In this document: one piece after another, positions 18,558-28,391 of the stretch | Layout: each line of letters begins with the position of its first letter | Position numbering within the stretch: position 1 is the stretch's first letter | Source: an uncultured Alphaproteobacteria bacterium | Lineage (GTDB): Bacteria; Pseudomonadota; Alphaproteobacteria; UBA9655 | Assembly (NCBI GenBank): GCA_964424065.1 | Contig: CAYRHD010000007.1 | Location: 9,094-73,093, forward strand | Length of the DNA stretch: 64,000 bases | Direction: 5' to 3' | The notes under the pieces: model-generated | Database searches by the model: none | What the model saw: only the letters and a program-made list of their open reading frames with translations | Told to the model about the DNA's origin: nothing | Position numbers and translations under genes: made by a program

Positions 18558-20543
18558 ATGACATCTCAACTTACAGACCACGATCTTCATCAAATGGCGG
18601 GTGCCATTCGGGCCCTTTCAATGGATGCGGTTGAAAAAGCCCAATCTGGACACCCTGGTATGCCCATGGGAATGGCAGATGTAGCAACCATTTTGTTTAC
18701 AAAATTTTTAAAATTCGACTCAAAAGCACCTCATTGGCCTGATCGGGATCGGTTTGTTCTTTCTGCAGGGCATGGTTCCATGCTTCTTTACGCCGTTTTA
18801 TACCTGACAGGGTATGAGGATATGACCATTGAAGAGATCAAAAACTTTCGCCAATGGAATAGCCGAACAGCGGGGCACCCCGAGTATGGATTTGCGGCCG
18901 GTATTGAAACAACGACAGGCCCTCTTGGCCAAGGTATAGGTAATGCTGTTGGCATGGCCATTGCTGAAAAAATCCTCAAGACACACTTTGGAGAAGAAGT
19001 TGTTAACCACAAAACCTATGTTATGGCCGGAGATGGCTGTTTAATGGAAGGCATATCCCACGAAGCCATTTCCCTTGCGGGGCACTTGAAACTCGATAAC
19101 TTAATTCTTCTTTTTGACGATAATAGTATTTCTATTGATGGCCCTACAGATTTAGCCGTGTCAGACGATCAACTCGAGCGTTTCAAAGCCTCGCATTGGG
19201 ACGTGATGGCCATTGATGGTCACAATTTTAAAGAGATCGAGGAAGCCCTTGAAAAAGCGCAAAAAAGCACAAAGCCTGTTTTGATAGCGTGCAAAACTCA
19301 AATCGGTAAAGGAGCTCCCAATAAAGCCGGAACCGCTGCCGTTCATGGTGCTCCCCTGGGGGCTGATGAAGTGAGTGCCGTTCGTCAAAACATTGGTTGG
19401 CCTTATGAACCATTTGTCATTCCTGAGGATATCCTCTCTCACTGGCGTCAAGCAGGAACAAGATCATCTGCATTGAGAAAAGCATGGGACGATACTCTTG
19501 AAAAGAATCCGCAGAAGGCTGAGTTTCAACGTCGCGAGAGAGGTGAGCTTCCTCTCAATTGGAAGGGACCGTTTCAGGATCTTCTCAAAAAATTCGTAGA
19601 TGAAAAAACGACCGTGGCCAGTCGCCAATCTTCACAAATGGTTCTTGATGTTCTGTCTCTTCATATTCCTGAGCTTATAGGTGGGTCTGCAGATTTAACA
19701 GGATCCAACAACACCAAAGCTAAAAGTATGATGCCCATCAGCTCTGATAACTTTAAAGGTGATTATATTTATTATGGGGTGAGAGAACATGCTATGGCAG
19801 CGGCCATGAATGGAATGGTTCTCCATGGAGGGGTTATTCCTTATGGTGGGACATTTCTCCAATTCACAGATTATTGCCGCCCTGCGATTCGGTTATCGGC
19901 TTTGATGGAGATGCGTGTAATCTATGTTATGACCCATGATTCTATTGGTCTGGGTGAAGACGGGCCAACACATCAACCTATTGAACATTTGGCATCTTTA
20001 AGGGCCATGCCCAACCTTCAGGTGTTCCGTCCCGCAGATGCGGTTGAAGTGGCAGAATGCTGGGCTCTCGCTCTTGAATCTAAAAAAATACCTTCGGTGT
20101 TGACTTTAACACGCCAAAAACTGGGTCTTTTCAGAGAAGATGTTTCCCAAAACCATTGTGAAAAAGGCGCTTATGTTCTGAGAGATTCCTCAGGAAAGCG
20201 TGAGGCGACCCTCCTTGCCACTGGCTCTGAAGTAGGAATAGCTGTTAAAGCCCATGAGATCTTGGAAAGCAAAGGCATTTCAACAGCTGTTGTCTCTATG
20301 CCATGCTGGGAATTATTTGAAAAGCAAAGCCCAGACTATCGGGAAAAAGTCCTTGGAAAAGATAGCTTGCGCATTGCCATTGAAGCCGCATCCCCCATGG
20401 GATGGGACAAATATGTTGGTGAAAAAGGTATCATGGTGGGTCTTGGCCATTTCGGAGCATCAGCCCCCGCGGAAGTTCTTTATGAAAAGTTTGGTCTCAC
20501 CGCTGAACACATCGTTAAACTAGTTGAGGAGAAAAGAAAATGA
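18558..20543 (+). CDS. tkt: transketolase
   Basis: 661 aa with the ThDP motifs SGHPGMPMGMAD and GDGCLMEGISHEA. Confidence 0.95.
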   Translation: MTSQLTDHDLHQMAGAIRALSMDAVEKAQSGHPGMPMGMADVATILFTKFLKFDSKAPHWPDRDRFVLSAGHGSMLLYAVLYLTGYEDMTIEEIKNFRQWNSRTAGHPEYGFAAGIETTTGPLGQGIGNAVGMAIAEKILKTHFGEEVVNHKTYVMAGDGCLMEGISHEAISLAGHLKLDNLILLFDDNSISIDGPTDLAVSDDQLERFKASHWDVMAIDGHNFKEIEEALEKAQKSTKPVLIACKTQIGKGAPNKAGTAAVHGAPLGADEVSAVRQNIGWPYEPFVIPEDILSHWRQAGTRSSALRKAWDDTLEKNPQKAEFQRRERGELPLNWKGPFQDLLKKFVDEKTTVASRQSSQMVLDVLSLHIPELIGGSADLTGSNNTKAKSMMPISSDNFKGDYIYYGVREHAMAAAMNGMVLHGGVIPYGGTFLQFTDYCRPAIRLSALMEMRVIYVMTHDSIGLGEDGPTHQPIEHLASLRAMPNLQVFRPADAVEVAECWALALESKKIPSVLTLTRQKLGLFREDVSQNHCEKGAYVLRDSSGKREATLLATGSEVGIAVKAHEILESKGISTAVVSMPCWELFEKQSPDYREKVLGKDSLRIAIEAASPMGWDKYVGEKGIMVGLGHFGASAPAEVLYEKFGLTAEHIVKLVEEKRK

Positions 20544-21547
20544 CCTGTAAAGTTGCAATCAATGGATTTGGAAGAATTGGACGCTTAGTCCTCAGAGCAA
20601 TCTTTGAAAATCGTCGATCCGATATCGAAGTCGTAGCGATTAACGACCTAGGATCCGTTGCAGATAACGCCCACCTTTTTAAGCACGATTCTGTCCATGG
20701 TGCTTTCCCAGGAACAGTCGAAGTTGTTGATGATGGACTAAAAATTAATGGCCATCACATCAAAGTGTTTGCCATTTCAAACCCAGAACAACTTCCTTGG
20801 AAAGACTTGAATATTGATATTGCTATGGAATGTTCAGGTCGATTCACTAAACGGGATGATGCAGCAAAACACCTAACGGCGGGAGCCAAAAAAGTCCTTA
20901 TTTCTGCGCCTGCTGAGGGTGCCGATATAACCGTTGTTTGGGGCGTCAATCATAAAGATATCAAAGCTCAACATACCATTGTCTCCAATGCCTCATGCAC
21001 AACCAATTGTTTGGCACCGGTGGCTTATGTTCTTCAAAATACAATTGGCATTGAACATGGCTTTATGACAACGATCCACTCCTACACCGGAGATCAAGTG
21101 CTGGTTGATACGTTGCACAAAGACTTAAGACGAGCACGTGCTGCCGCCATGTCCATGATTCCCGCCTCAACGGGTGCAGCGAAAGCCGTTGGTCTTGTGT
21201 TGCCTGAATTAAAAGGGAAATTGGATGGAACAGCCGTTCGTGTCCCAACACCCAACGTTTCTTTAATTGACTTTAAGTTGGTTTCAAAACGTTCCACAAC
21301 AAAAGAGGAAATTAACAAAGCCATGGCTGAAGCCGCTGAAGAAGAGTTGAAAGGCATTTTAGCCGTCAACAATGAGCCTCTCGTTTCCACTGACTTTAAT
21401 CATAATTCGGCCAGTTCAATTTTTGATCTCACCGAAACCCAAGTTATTGATGGAAAATTCTGTCGGATTCTGTCTTGGTATGATAATGAATGGGGTTTTT
21501 CAAACCGCATGTCCGACACAGCTTTAACAATGCATGCCTTAAGATAA
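20540..21547 (+). CDS. gap: glyceraldehyde-3-phosphate dehydrogenase
   Basis: 335 aa with INGFGRIGR and the active site SNASCTTNCLAP. Its start overlaps the tkt stop in an ATGA. Confidence 0.95.
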   Translation: MTCKVAINGFGRIGRLVLRAIFENRRSDIEVVAINDLGSVADNAHLFKHDSVHGAFPGTVEVVDDGLKINGHHIKVFAISNPEQLPWKDLNIDIAMECSGRFTKRDDAAKHLTAGAKKVLISAPAEGADITVVWGVNHKDIKAQHTIVSNASCTTNCLAPVAYVLQNTIGIEHGFMTTIHSYTGDQVLVDTLHKDLRRARAAAMSMIPASTGAAKAVGLVLPELKGKLDGTAVRVPTPNVSLIDFKLVSKRSTTKEEINKAMAEAAEEELKGILAVNNEPLVSTDFNHNSASSIFDLTETQVIDGKFCRILSWYDNEWGFSNRMSDTALTMHALR

Positions 21548-21560
21548 AGGAAATTTTTAT

Positions 21561-22892
21561 ATGTGGAAATTTAGACTTTTCAGCCTGCTCTTAGTTGTTG
21601 CTTTAAATTCAACAGTTTGGGCGAATAATGATAAGGTTGAGCATTGGGCCATCAGTAAAAATACAGAAACCCTAATTGGTAAAAATCTTATTGGTTGTCT
21701 TATAGAGAGTCTAAAAGATATGAATAAGGAGCCATATCTAACGTCATTTGAAAACTACTTCGAAAAATATAAAATTATCGAAGGTCAATTTTTTACAGTT
21801 TATTTAGCCCCCCGTTTTTTCCAAAAAGATCACGTATGGATTTTAACAAATTCTTCAATGACGACATCTTTTGACGAAATGACAGTTGAACAGTTGTCAG
21901 AACTTGAGCAATTTCGATATTTGGTGGGAGAGGTTCTTCTCCATAACTTCAAGTACGATGGCTATTTTGCCTTCATTGATACGCAGAAAACCTATGGACT
22001 CGATTACCCTCATGTTTGTTTGGAGATGATTCCAGACAGACTGACGGGTAAAGATAAAAACGTATTTGACCCCTTCGTAAAATTAAAACGAGTTTGGTAT
22101 GCTCTTTTCGGTGTTGGTGGAGAGAATTTTGTCACCTCGGAAGAAGCCAAAGAGACTATCCTTCAATTTCAAAAATCTATTGAACTGGCTGAAAGCCAAG
22201 GAAAAACTCTTGAAAACAAAACACGTGAAGTAAAAAATACATTACCCTGGAACTTCATTACAAAATGGAACCCTGAACTCCGAGAGTATTGTTTCACAGA
22301 GGTCAAGGATGGACTCCTCAAAAATCAGGACTTACTTATGGATACGCCTGAAAAGAAAAGTACACAAGAGCATCAAGCAACCGATCGTAAAACACATGTT
22401 GACGGTGAATTTAGATTTGATAAAGAACAAACAAGTAAGATTGAAAAGTGCGTCTTTTGTAATCCTAAAATCGTAGGGAATCAATTTGTGACGCAGTGGG
22501 GTGACTTCGTCAGCTTATATAATTACCTTCCCTATACCCCAGGTTATCATTTCATGGTTTTACCGGCTTCTGAATTTCACCTTGAAAATTGGCAAAATTT
22601 ATCTCTTAAAGATGCTGTCCATGTTGACCAGTTTTTACAAGCTTATGCAAAAGCCATAAAGAAAGATAGCAAAAGGGATGACATTATCATATTCCTTCAA
22701 AATGGACTCGCCGGAGGTGCAACCGTTCCTCATAGTCATATCCATATTCTTTTGAGACCCTCAAAGCTATTTCTCATGGCGATGAACTTAACTGAAGTTA
22801 CGGGAAACAAGTTGGTTGGTTTAACCGCTGATGAAATGGCACCCATCCGGGAAAAGTTCCATCATCTTTTAGAACCGTTTATTGGAAAGTGA
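21561..22892 (+). CDS. secreted HIT-superfamily protein (degenerate N-terminal HIT-like half plus intact C-terminal HIT domain)
   Basis: 443 aa with a signal peptide (MWKFRLFSLLLVVALNSTVWA). The C-terminal domain carries CVFCNP and the histidine triad VPHSHIHILL. The N-terminal half has a similar layout, but PHVCLEMIP replaces the triad. Confidence 0.65.
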   Translation: MWKFRLFSLLLVVALNSTVWANNDKVEHWAISKNTETLIGKNLIGCLIESLKDMNKEPYLTSFENYFEKYKIIEGQFFTVYLAPRFFQKDHVWILTNSSMTTSFDEMTVEQLSELEQFRYLVGEVLLHNFKYDGYFAFIDTQKTYGLDYPHVCLEMIPDRLTGKDKNVFDPFVKLKRVWYALFGVGGENFVTSEEAKETILQFQKSIELAESQGKTLENKTREVKNTLPWNFITKWNPELREYCFTEVKDGLLKNQDLLMDTPEKKSTQEHQATDRKTHVDGEFRFDKEQTSKIEKCVFCNPKIVGNQFVTQWGDFVSLYNYLPYTPGYHFMVLPASEFHLENWQNLSLKDAVHVDQFLQAYAKAIKKDSKRDDIIIFLQNGLAGGATVPHSHIHILLRPSKLFLMAMNLTEVTGNKLVGLTADEMAPIREKFHHLLEPFIGK

Positions 22893-22906
22893 AAAAGACT
22901 AAAACC

Positions 22907-23590
22907 TCAAATCCCCATGAGGGAGGGGCCGTGAAGTTTTAGCCACTTTTTATGTTGCTTGTAATCTGGACAAAGGTTTTCGACCTCTCGCCAAAAGGCC
23001 ATGCTATGATTCATGTGAATCAAGTGAACCGCTTCGTGAATACACACATACTGGGCAACCTCACGCGGTGCTAAAATGAGTCGCCAACTCAGGGAGATGG
23101 TCTTTGTTGTTGAACAACTCCCCCAGCGTGATTTGGAGTCGCGAATGGAAACCCTTACAAACCGTTCATTGAGCGCAGCTGTGGCTTTCTCCACATAGGA
23201 CGTAAGAGTTCCCAAAGCTACTTCTTTAAAAAGATGATGAAGGTCTTGTTTTGTATAACGGCTGGGTAAAAAAAGAGTTTGGGAATCAGCACATAAAACA
23301 GGTTTTCGGCGCAAAGGATCTACTTCACAAGTATAGACTTTTCCATGGACCGAAATGTTTTCACCAGGCCCTATGATCTTTCTGTTGTCCAGCTTTTTGA
23401 GCTGGTTTTGCGCCCAGCCCTGACATTTGGTCAAAAAATCAGAAACTTGAGAATCAGAAATACGTGGTGGTAGAGTCAAAATAAAGGCATTGTCTTTGAC
23501 GGAAAACCGCAAAGTCAAACGTCGTGAGCGTTTGTTTGTTTTGTACTTAAGAGGGATTTCTTGCCCTTGGTACGAAAAGGGTGAGATCAT
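22907..23590 (-). CDS. YgjP-like (DUF45/M48-type) metal-dependent hydrolase
   Basis: 227 aa with the zinc motif HEAVHLIHMNH (HExxHxxxxNH) near the C-terminus. Confidence 0.75.
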   Translation of the reverse strand: MISPFSYQGQEIPLKYKTNKRSRRLTLRFSVKDNAFILTLPPRISDSQVSDFLTKCQGWAQNQLKKLDNRKIIGPGENISVHGKVYTCEVDPLRRKPVLCADSQTLFLPSRYTKQDLHHLFKEVALGTLTSYVEKATAALNERFVRVSIRDSKSRWGSCSTTKTISLSWRLILAPREVAQYVCIHEAVHLIHMNHSMAFWREVENLCPDYKQHKKWLKLHGPSLMGI

Positions 23591-23625
23591 GAGACACCTG
23601 TAAAACAGAAAGAATAGAAAAAAGT

Positions 23626-23652
23626 GTCATTTCCGCAAAAGCGAAAATCCAG
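23626..23652. repeat. REP-like palindromic element (GTCATTTCCGC-AAAA-GCGAAAATCCAG)
   Basis: Intergenic hairpin of the same family as 12387, 29827 and 31975. Confidence 0.65.
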
Positions 23653-23689
23653 TAATTTCAAAAGAATATGCAATATTCTCATGATCATT

Positions 23690-25759
23690 TTATCCTGACG
23701 CCAAGGTATGGATACCTTTTTCTTGGCCAAATAGATACAGTAACGTTCGAGCAGCTTGACCTTGGGAAGAGGTCAGTTCTGGGTCTTGGTCAAGTAATTC
23801 CTTAGCGGCTTGATAAGCCTTGTCCAGAAGATGACTGGATGTAAACGGATCGGCTAATTTAAAGGAAGGAAGCCCGCTTTGTTTTGTACCCAGAACATCT
23901 CCTCCACCACGAAGGCGGAGGTCTTCTTCGGCGATTTTAAATCCATCCTCTGTCTCACGCATGACTTGAAGACGACGTTTCCCTACATCTGAAATAGGAT
24001 AACTATACACTAACAAACAACGCCCTTCTTCTGTTCCTCTGCCCACGCGTCCACGCAATTGGTGAAGCTGCGATAGGCCGAATCGTTCCGCATGTTCAAT
24101 CACCATCACATTGGCGGCTTTAATATCGATGCCTACTTCAATGACGGTGGTCGCGACCAAAATCTGACAGTTTCCGTTTTTAAAAGAGGCCATGACGGCA
24201 TCCTTTTCATCGCTCTTTTGTTTGCCATATACAAGTCCAACTTTATCTTCCCCAAATATGGCTTTGAGGTGTTCGTATCTCTCTTTTGCTGCAGCCAGGT
24301 CTAAGGTTTCTGATTCTTCTACAAGAGGGCAGACCCAATAAACTTTCATGCCTTGGTTGATGAGCCCGACAAGTCCTTGGCAAACCTCGTCTAGGCGATT
24401 GGATCCAAGGATACGGGTTTGAATGGGCTTACGGCCTTGAGGTTTGTCGAGGATACGAGAAACATCCAGATCTCCATAGGCCGTTAAACGCAGGGTTCGA
24501 GGAATGGGTGTTGCAGTCATCACAAGAATGTCTACGTCTTTTCCTTTTGAAGTTAAGTTCATCCGTTGCTCAACACCGAAACGATGTTGTTCGTCAATGA
24601 CGACAAAACCTAAGTTGGCAAATTGAACCGCTTCTTGCAAGAGAGCATGGGTTCCTACCACCACTTGAATCGCACCTTGTGACAGTTCCTCATAAATCTG
24701 CTTTTTGTTCTTTTGTTTGCTGGTTAAAAGGGCCACGTTAATGCCAGCCTTGTCTCCCAAAGCTTTTAAAGTTTCAGCATGTTGATTCGCAAGAATTTCA
24801 GTGGGTACTAGAAAAGCGGCCTGGTAACCCGCTTCAATTGCTCGTGTGATAGCGAGAAAAGCCACAAGTGTTTTGCCCGATCCCACGTCGCCTTGAAGAA
24901 GGCGAATCATTCGTTGAGGTGAGGCGATGTCATTTTCAATCTCTGTTAAAGCTTGTTGTTGGCCAGAGGTAAGAGGGTGTCCAAAGGCTTGTAGGACTTT
25001 TTCTTTGAGATGCCCTGAGGACATTATGGATTTCCCGTGGGGTCGCTTTTTCCGAATGAGCCTTAAGGCCAGCTGGTCAGCAAAAAGTTCATCAAATGCG
25101 AGGCGTTCCCGTGCAGGATGGAAAGGGTTAAGATCGTTCTCCTGCTGGGGCAGATGAACCACTTCCAGGGCTTTATGCCAGGATGGCCATGACCCCAAAA
25201 ATGACGATGAAATCCACTCTGGTAAGTGAGGGACTCTTTGAAGGGCCAACTTAACAAGCTTTTGAACGTGTGATTGGAACAGGCCGGCTGTTAAGGGGTA
25301 GATAGGGCTTTTATCTTTCCAAAAGGAGGCAACATCAGCACTGACAATTCGTTCAGGGTGAGCCATTTGCCAAACTCCTAAATAACGATCGACATTTCCG
25401 CAGACTAGTCTTTTTTCTCCGATGGGAAGTCTAGTTTGAATGGTTTTTGGGTAGGCTTTAAAAAAAGTGAGACTAAGTTGTTGGCCTTGAACCTCACAGA
25501 TAACCGTATAGGGTTTACGAGATCCTCTCGGAGGTATGTCATGATTTACAATATGAACCACAAGAGCTGCGGGTTCTCCAGGACTACAGTCTTTAAGATG
25601 CGACTTGAGGGGAAAGTGAGCGATTCCACTGGGCAAATGCCATACCATATCGACCACACGTTCTATACCCAGTTTTTTCAGCAACTTGGAAAGTTCGGGA
25701 CCGACACCTTTTAGGCTTTCAAGTGTGGCATAAAGAGGGAAAAGAATTTCAGGGCGCAT
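23690..25759 (-). CDS. recG: ATP-dependent DNA helicase RecG
   Basis: 689 aa with Walker A GDVGSGKT, the DEQH box and helicase C-terminal motifs (QLRGRVGRG). Confidence 0.93.
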   Translation of the reverse strand: MRPEILFPLYATLESLKGVGPELSKLLKKLGIERVVDMVWHLPSGIAHFPLKSHLKDCSPGEPAALVVHIVNHDIPPRGSRKPYTVICEVQGQQLSLTFFKAYPKTIQTRLPIGEKRLVCGNVDRYLGVWQMAHPERIVSADVASFWKDKSPIYPLTAGLFQSHVQKLVKLALQRVPHLPEWISSSFLGSWPSWHKALEVVHLPQQENDLNPFHPARERLAFDELFADQLALRLIRKKRPHGKSIMSSGHLKEKVLQAFGHPLTSGQQQALTEIENDIASPQRMIRLLQGDVGSGKTLVAFLAITRAIEAGYQAAFLVPTEILANQHAETLKALGDKAGINVALLTSKQKNKKQIYEELSQGAIQVVVGTHALLQEAVQFANLGFVVIDEQHRFGVEQRMNLTSKGKDVDILVMTATPIPRTLRLTAYGDLDVSRILDKPQGRKPIQTRILGSNRLDEVCQGLVGLINQGMKVYWVCPLVEESETLDLAAAKERYEHLKAIFGEDKVGLVYGKQKSDEKDAVMASFKNGNCQILVATTVIEVGIDIKAANVMVIEHAERFGLSQLHQLRGRVGRGTEEGRCLLVYSYPISDVGKRRLQVMRETEDGFKIAEEDLRLRGGGDVLGTKQSGLPSFKLADPFTSSHLLDKAYQAAKELLDQDPELTSSQGQAARTLLYLFGQEKGIHTLASG

Positions 25760-25880
25760 AGGACTTCTAAGTTAATCTCAAAATCTAATTCTATATAAAA
25801 TGATAACCAGATCAATGCTAAAACGACATGGCTTTCTTAATTAAAATTTAAGAAAATTCTCATATGATAAACCAACACTT

Positions 25881-26309
25881 ATGCAAAAGAGGAAACCTAT
25901 GAAAACGGCAAGAGATATTATGAGGCATCAAAAATTAACAGTTGAAGCTCATGATTCAGTCAAACTCGCATCAGATCGCATGAAAGAGCATGACGCTGGT
26001 GTGATCGTTGTCGTTGAAGAAGGTAAAGTTAATGGTATTCTCACCGATAGAGATATTGTCATTCGTTGTGTTGCTGAAGGTAAAGATGTTCAGACAACAA
26101 AGGTTGAAGACATTATGACATCCCCTGTTGTTCATTGTATGGAAGATGATACCTTAGTGGGCATTGTAAAGAAAATTAACGATACTCATGTTCACAGACT
26201 TCCAGTTTTGAACCATGAGATGGAGCTTTGCGGGCTTGTTTCAATACGGAACGTATGTGCAGCCGATGCCGAATTAGGCGGTGAAGCCGTTGCTATGATT
26301 CGAGCTTAG
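25881..26309 (+). CDS. CBS-pair domain protein
   Basis: 142 aa with two CBS-like repeats (ARDIM...VVVV, VEDIMTSPV...HRLPVL). Confidence 0.75.
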   Translation: MQKRKPMKTARDIMRHQKLTVEAHDSVKLASDRMKEHDAGVIVVVEEGKVNGILTDRDIVIRCVAEGKDVQTTKVEDIMTSPVVHCMEDDTLVGIVKKINDTHVHRLPVLNHEMELCGLVSIRNVCAADAELGGEAVAMIRA

Positions 26310-26315
26310 AATAAG

Positions 26316-26915
26316 TTATGAGGAAGGGGCCTTTGCATAGACCCCTTCTCCGAGTTTCTCAAGGCACTCTTTGAGCTCTGGATCTAAAATATCTTTGGTT
26401 AAAGAATCCACGTATCCTTTATCTTGTTGAGAGAGGATAGGGATTGGTTTTTCTTGCTTGGATTGCAGTTTCTTGATCAGATCATGTGTCATTTTGATCT
26501 TTGACACCGCTTTATATCCAAAATAGACGTTAATGCGCTCAAGAAGAAGATCCTGAGTATATTGCAAAAAAAGGGCACCTGAAGATGTGACGCTGAGGTG
26601 AAGGGTTCCCTCCGTCTTTTTATTCAAGGGAAACGTGATCTTTTCCGGCAAAGACAAGTCAGCAAAACGCTCCCCCACAATTTGTGACCAGTGAGTGATG
26701 ATTTTCCCTTCGAGTAAACCGCGTGCAGCAAAGACAGGCTTTACCATTTTCTGTGTATAAAACCCTAGGCGGCGAGGAATGTTCTTGGTAGATTGACGCA
26801 TCCTTTTAACGTAAAGATATTTAGAGAGTTTGAAAAGTGTTTTCGGAAAAGCTACTGGATTGGTTTGATAAAGAAAAGCGAGAGCTTCCATGGCGTTTGA
26901 TGCCAAAAAATCCAT
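26316..26915 (-). CDS. DUF721 (DciA-like) protein
   Basis: The ORF is divergent from mutY, the usual alphaproteobacterial neighbourhood for DUF721. The annotated start overlaps mutY by 79 nt. An internal start at 26801 (MRQSTKNIPRRLG) is more plausible. Confidence 0.6.
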   Translation of the reverse strand: MDFLASNAMEALAFLYQTNPVAFPKTLFKLSKYLYVKRMRQSTKNIPRRLGFYTQKMVKPVFAARGLLEGKIITHWSQIVGERFADLSLPEKITFPLNKKTEGTLHLSVTSSGALFLQYTQDLLLERINVYFGYKAVSKIKMTHDLIKKLQSKQEKPIPILSQQDKGYVDSLTKDILDPELKECLEKLGEGVYAKAPSS

Positions 26916-27796
26916 ATTTTACATGGCTGAGTGAGGTGATGTTACAACAAACAACTGTCTCAACCGTCATCCCTTATTTTCATCGCTTTATTCAAAAATG
27001 GCCTAAGCTTGAGAACCTTGCAGGCGCTTCTTTGGATGACGTTCTTCATCTCTGGCAGGGGTTAGGGTATTATTCACGAGCACGTAATCTTCATAAATGT
27101 GCTCAAGAGTTAACTCAGCGATTCCCTGAGTCAGAAGAAGAACTTGTAAAACTTCCGGGCATTGGACCCTATACGGCCGCAGCTATTTCATCCATTGCCT
27201 TTCACAAGCCTGCTGCCGCTGTGGATGGAAATGTCATCAGAGTCATGAGTCGCTATTTAGCACTACCTCAGCCTAGACCCGTTCAAGAGGTAAAAACGTT
27301 TTTAAGGGCTGTATTGCCCAAAAAAAGATGTGGTGATTTTACAGAAGCCCTCATGGAGCTTGGAGCTCTCATTTGTCGCCCCAAAAATCCACTGTGTCAT
27401 CAATGTCCTTTTAACAAGGAATGTAAGGCCTTTTTACAAAATGCAACAGACCAATTTCCCGTTATTTTACCAAAATCAAAGCTTCCAACACGTTATGCAA
27501 CGGCTTTTATCATCAGACGAGAGGATGGTGCGATTTTATTACGCAAGCGTCCTCCTCAGGGCCTCTTGGGAGGTATGATGGAAGTGCCCACAACGCCTTG
27601 GGATGAAAATAAAATAGAGAGTCACGGACCGGTTGTGCGTCATACGTTTACCCACTTTCATTTTGAAGTGCATATTTCACACAAAAGTCTAAAAGAAGAA
27701 GGTGAGGGAGTATGGGTCCATCCCCAAGATTTGCATCAGTATGCTCTTCCAACGGTTATGAAAAAGATTATTCGTGCAGGTTTAAAAGGGCCTTAA
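26837..27796 (+). CDS. mutY: A/G-specific adenine DNA glycosylase
   Basis: 319 aa with LPWR, the HhH-GPD region (LPGIGPYTAAAI) and the 4Fe-4S cluster cysteines (CRPKNPLCHQCPFNKEC). Confidence 0.9.
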   Translation: MFSEKLLDWFDKEKRELPWRLMPKNPYFTWLSEVMLQQTTVSTVIPYFHRFIQKWPKLENLAGASLDDVLHLWQGLGYYSRARNLHKCAQELTQRFPESEEELVKLPGIGPYTAAAISSIAFHKPAAAVDGNVIRVMSRYLALPQPRPVQEVKTFLRAVLPKKRCGDFTEALMELGALICRPKNPLCHQCPFNKECKAFLQNATDQFPVILPKSKLPTRYATAFIIRREDGAILLRKRPPQGLLGGMMEVPTTPWDENKIESHGPVVRHTFTHFHFEVHISHKSLKEEGEGVWVHPQDLHQYALPTVMKKIIRAGLKGP

Positions 27797-28391
27797 TGGG
27801 TGCAAAGCTTTTCCGGTGGTGAATAGTGACACCTTGAAGCGCAAGAGCCTTTTGATGTTCAGCTGTTCCATAACCCGCATTTCTTTCCCACCCATAATGA
27901 GGATATTCCTGAGCCAAGATTTCCATGAGCGTGTCACGCGTAACTTTAGCAAGAATAGAGGCGGCAGCGATGGAGTAACTGAGACTATCTCCTTTGATAA
28001 CAGGGTGAACTCGAAGGTTCGGTAATGATGGCATCATCTTTCCATCAATAAGTAGATGATCGGGGGAAGCGGGTAATTCTTGAGTTGCCCGCTTCATGGC
28101 CAAAAAGGTGGCTTGAAGGATATTGAGTTGATCAATCTCGTCCACACTGGCCATGCCAATACTATAAGAAAAGTGAGGTACTTCTTTAAGAGCTTCTGCA
28201 ATCTCGATTCTTTTTTCCTTTGAGAGGCGTTTAGAATCTTGGATGTTTTCTTTTAAAAATGGAGAGAGATTTTCAGGTTGGTGAAATACGGCCACGGCTG
28301 CAACCACAGGACCTGCCCAAGGGCCGCGACCGACTTCGTCAACGCCTCCTACCAAACCTTGAAGTTGATTTTCAAGATCAAAGCTAGGCAC
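27768..28391 (-). CDS. rnhB: ribonuclease HII
   Basis: 207 aa with the N-terminal GVDEVGRGPWAGPVV catalytic motif. Confidence 0.92.
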   Translation of the reverse strand: MPSFDLENQLQGLVGGVDEVGRGPWAGPVVAAVAVFHQPENLSPFLKENIQDSKRLSKEKRIEIAEALKEVPHFSYSIGMASVDEIDQLNILQATFLAMKRATQELPASPDHLLIDGKMMPSLPNLRVHPVIKGDSLSYSIAAASILAKVTRDTLMEILAQEYPHYGWERNAGYGTAEHQKALALQGVTIHHRKSFAPIKALLNLHE

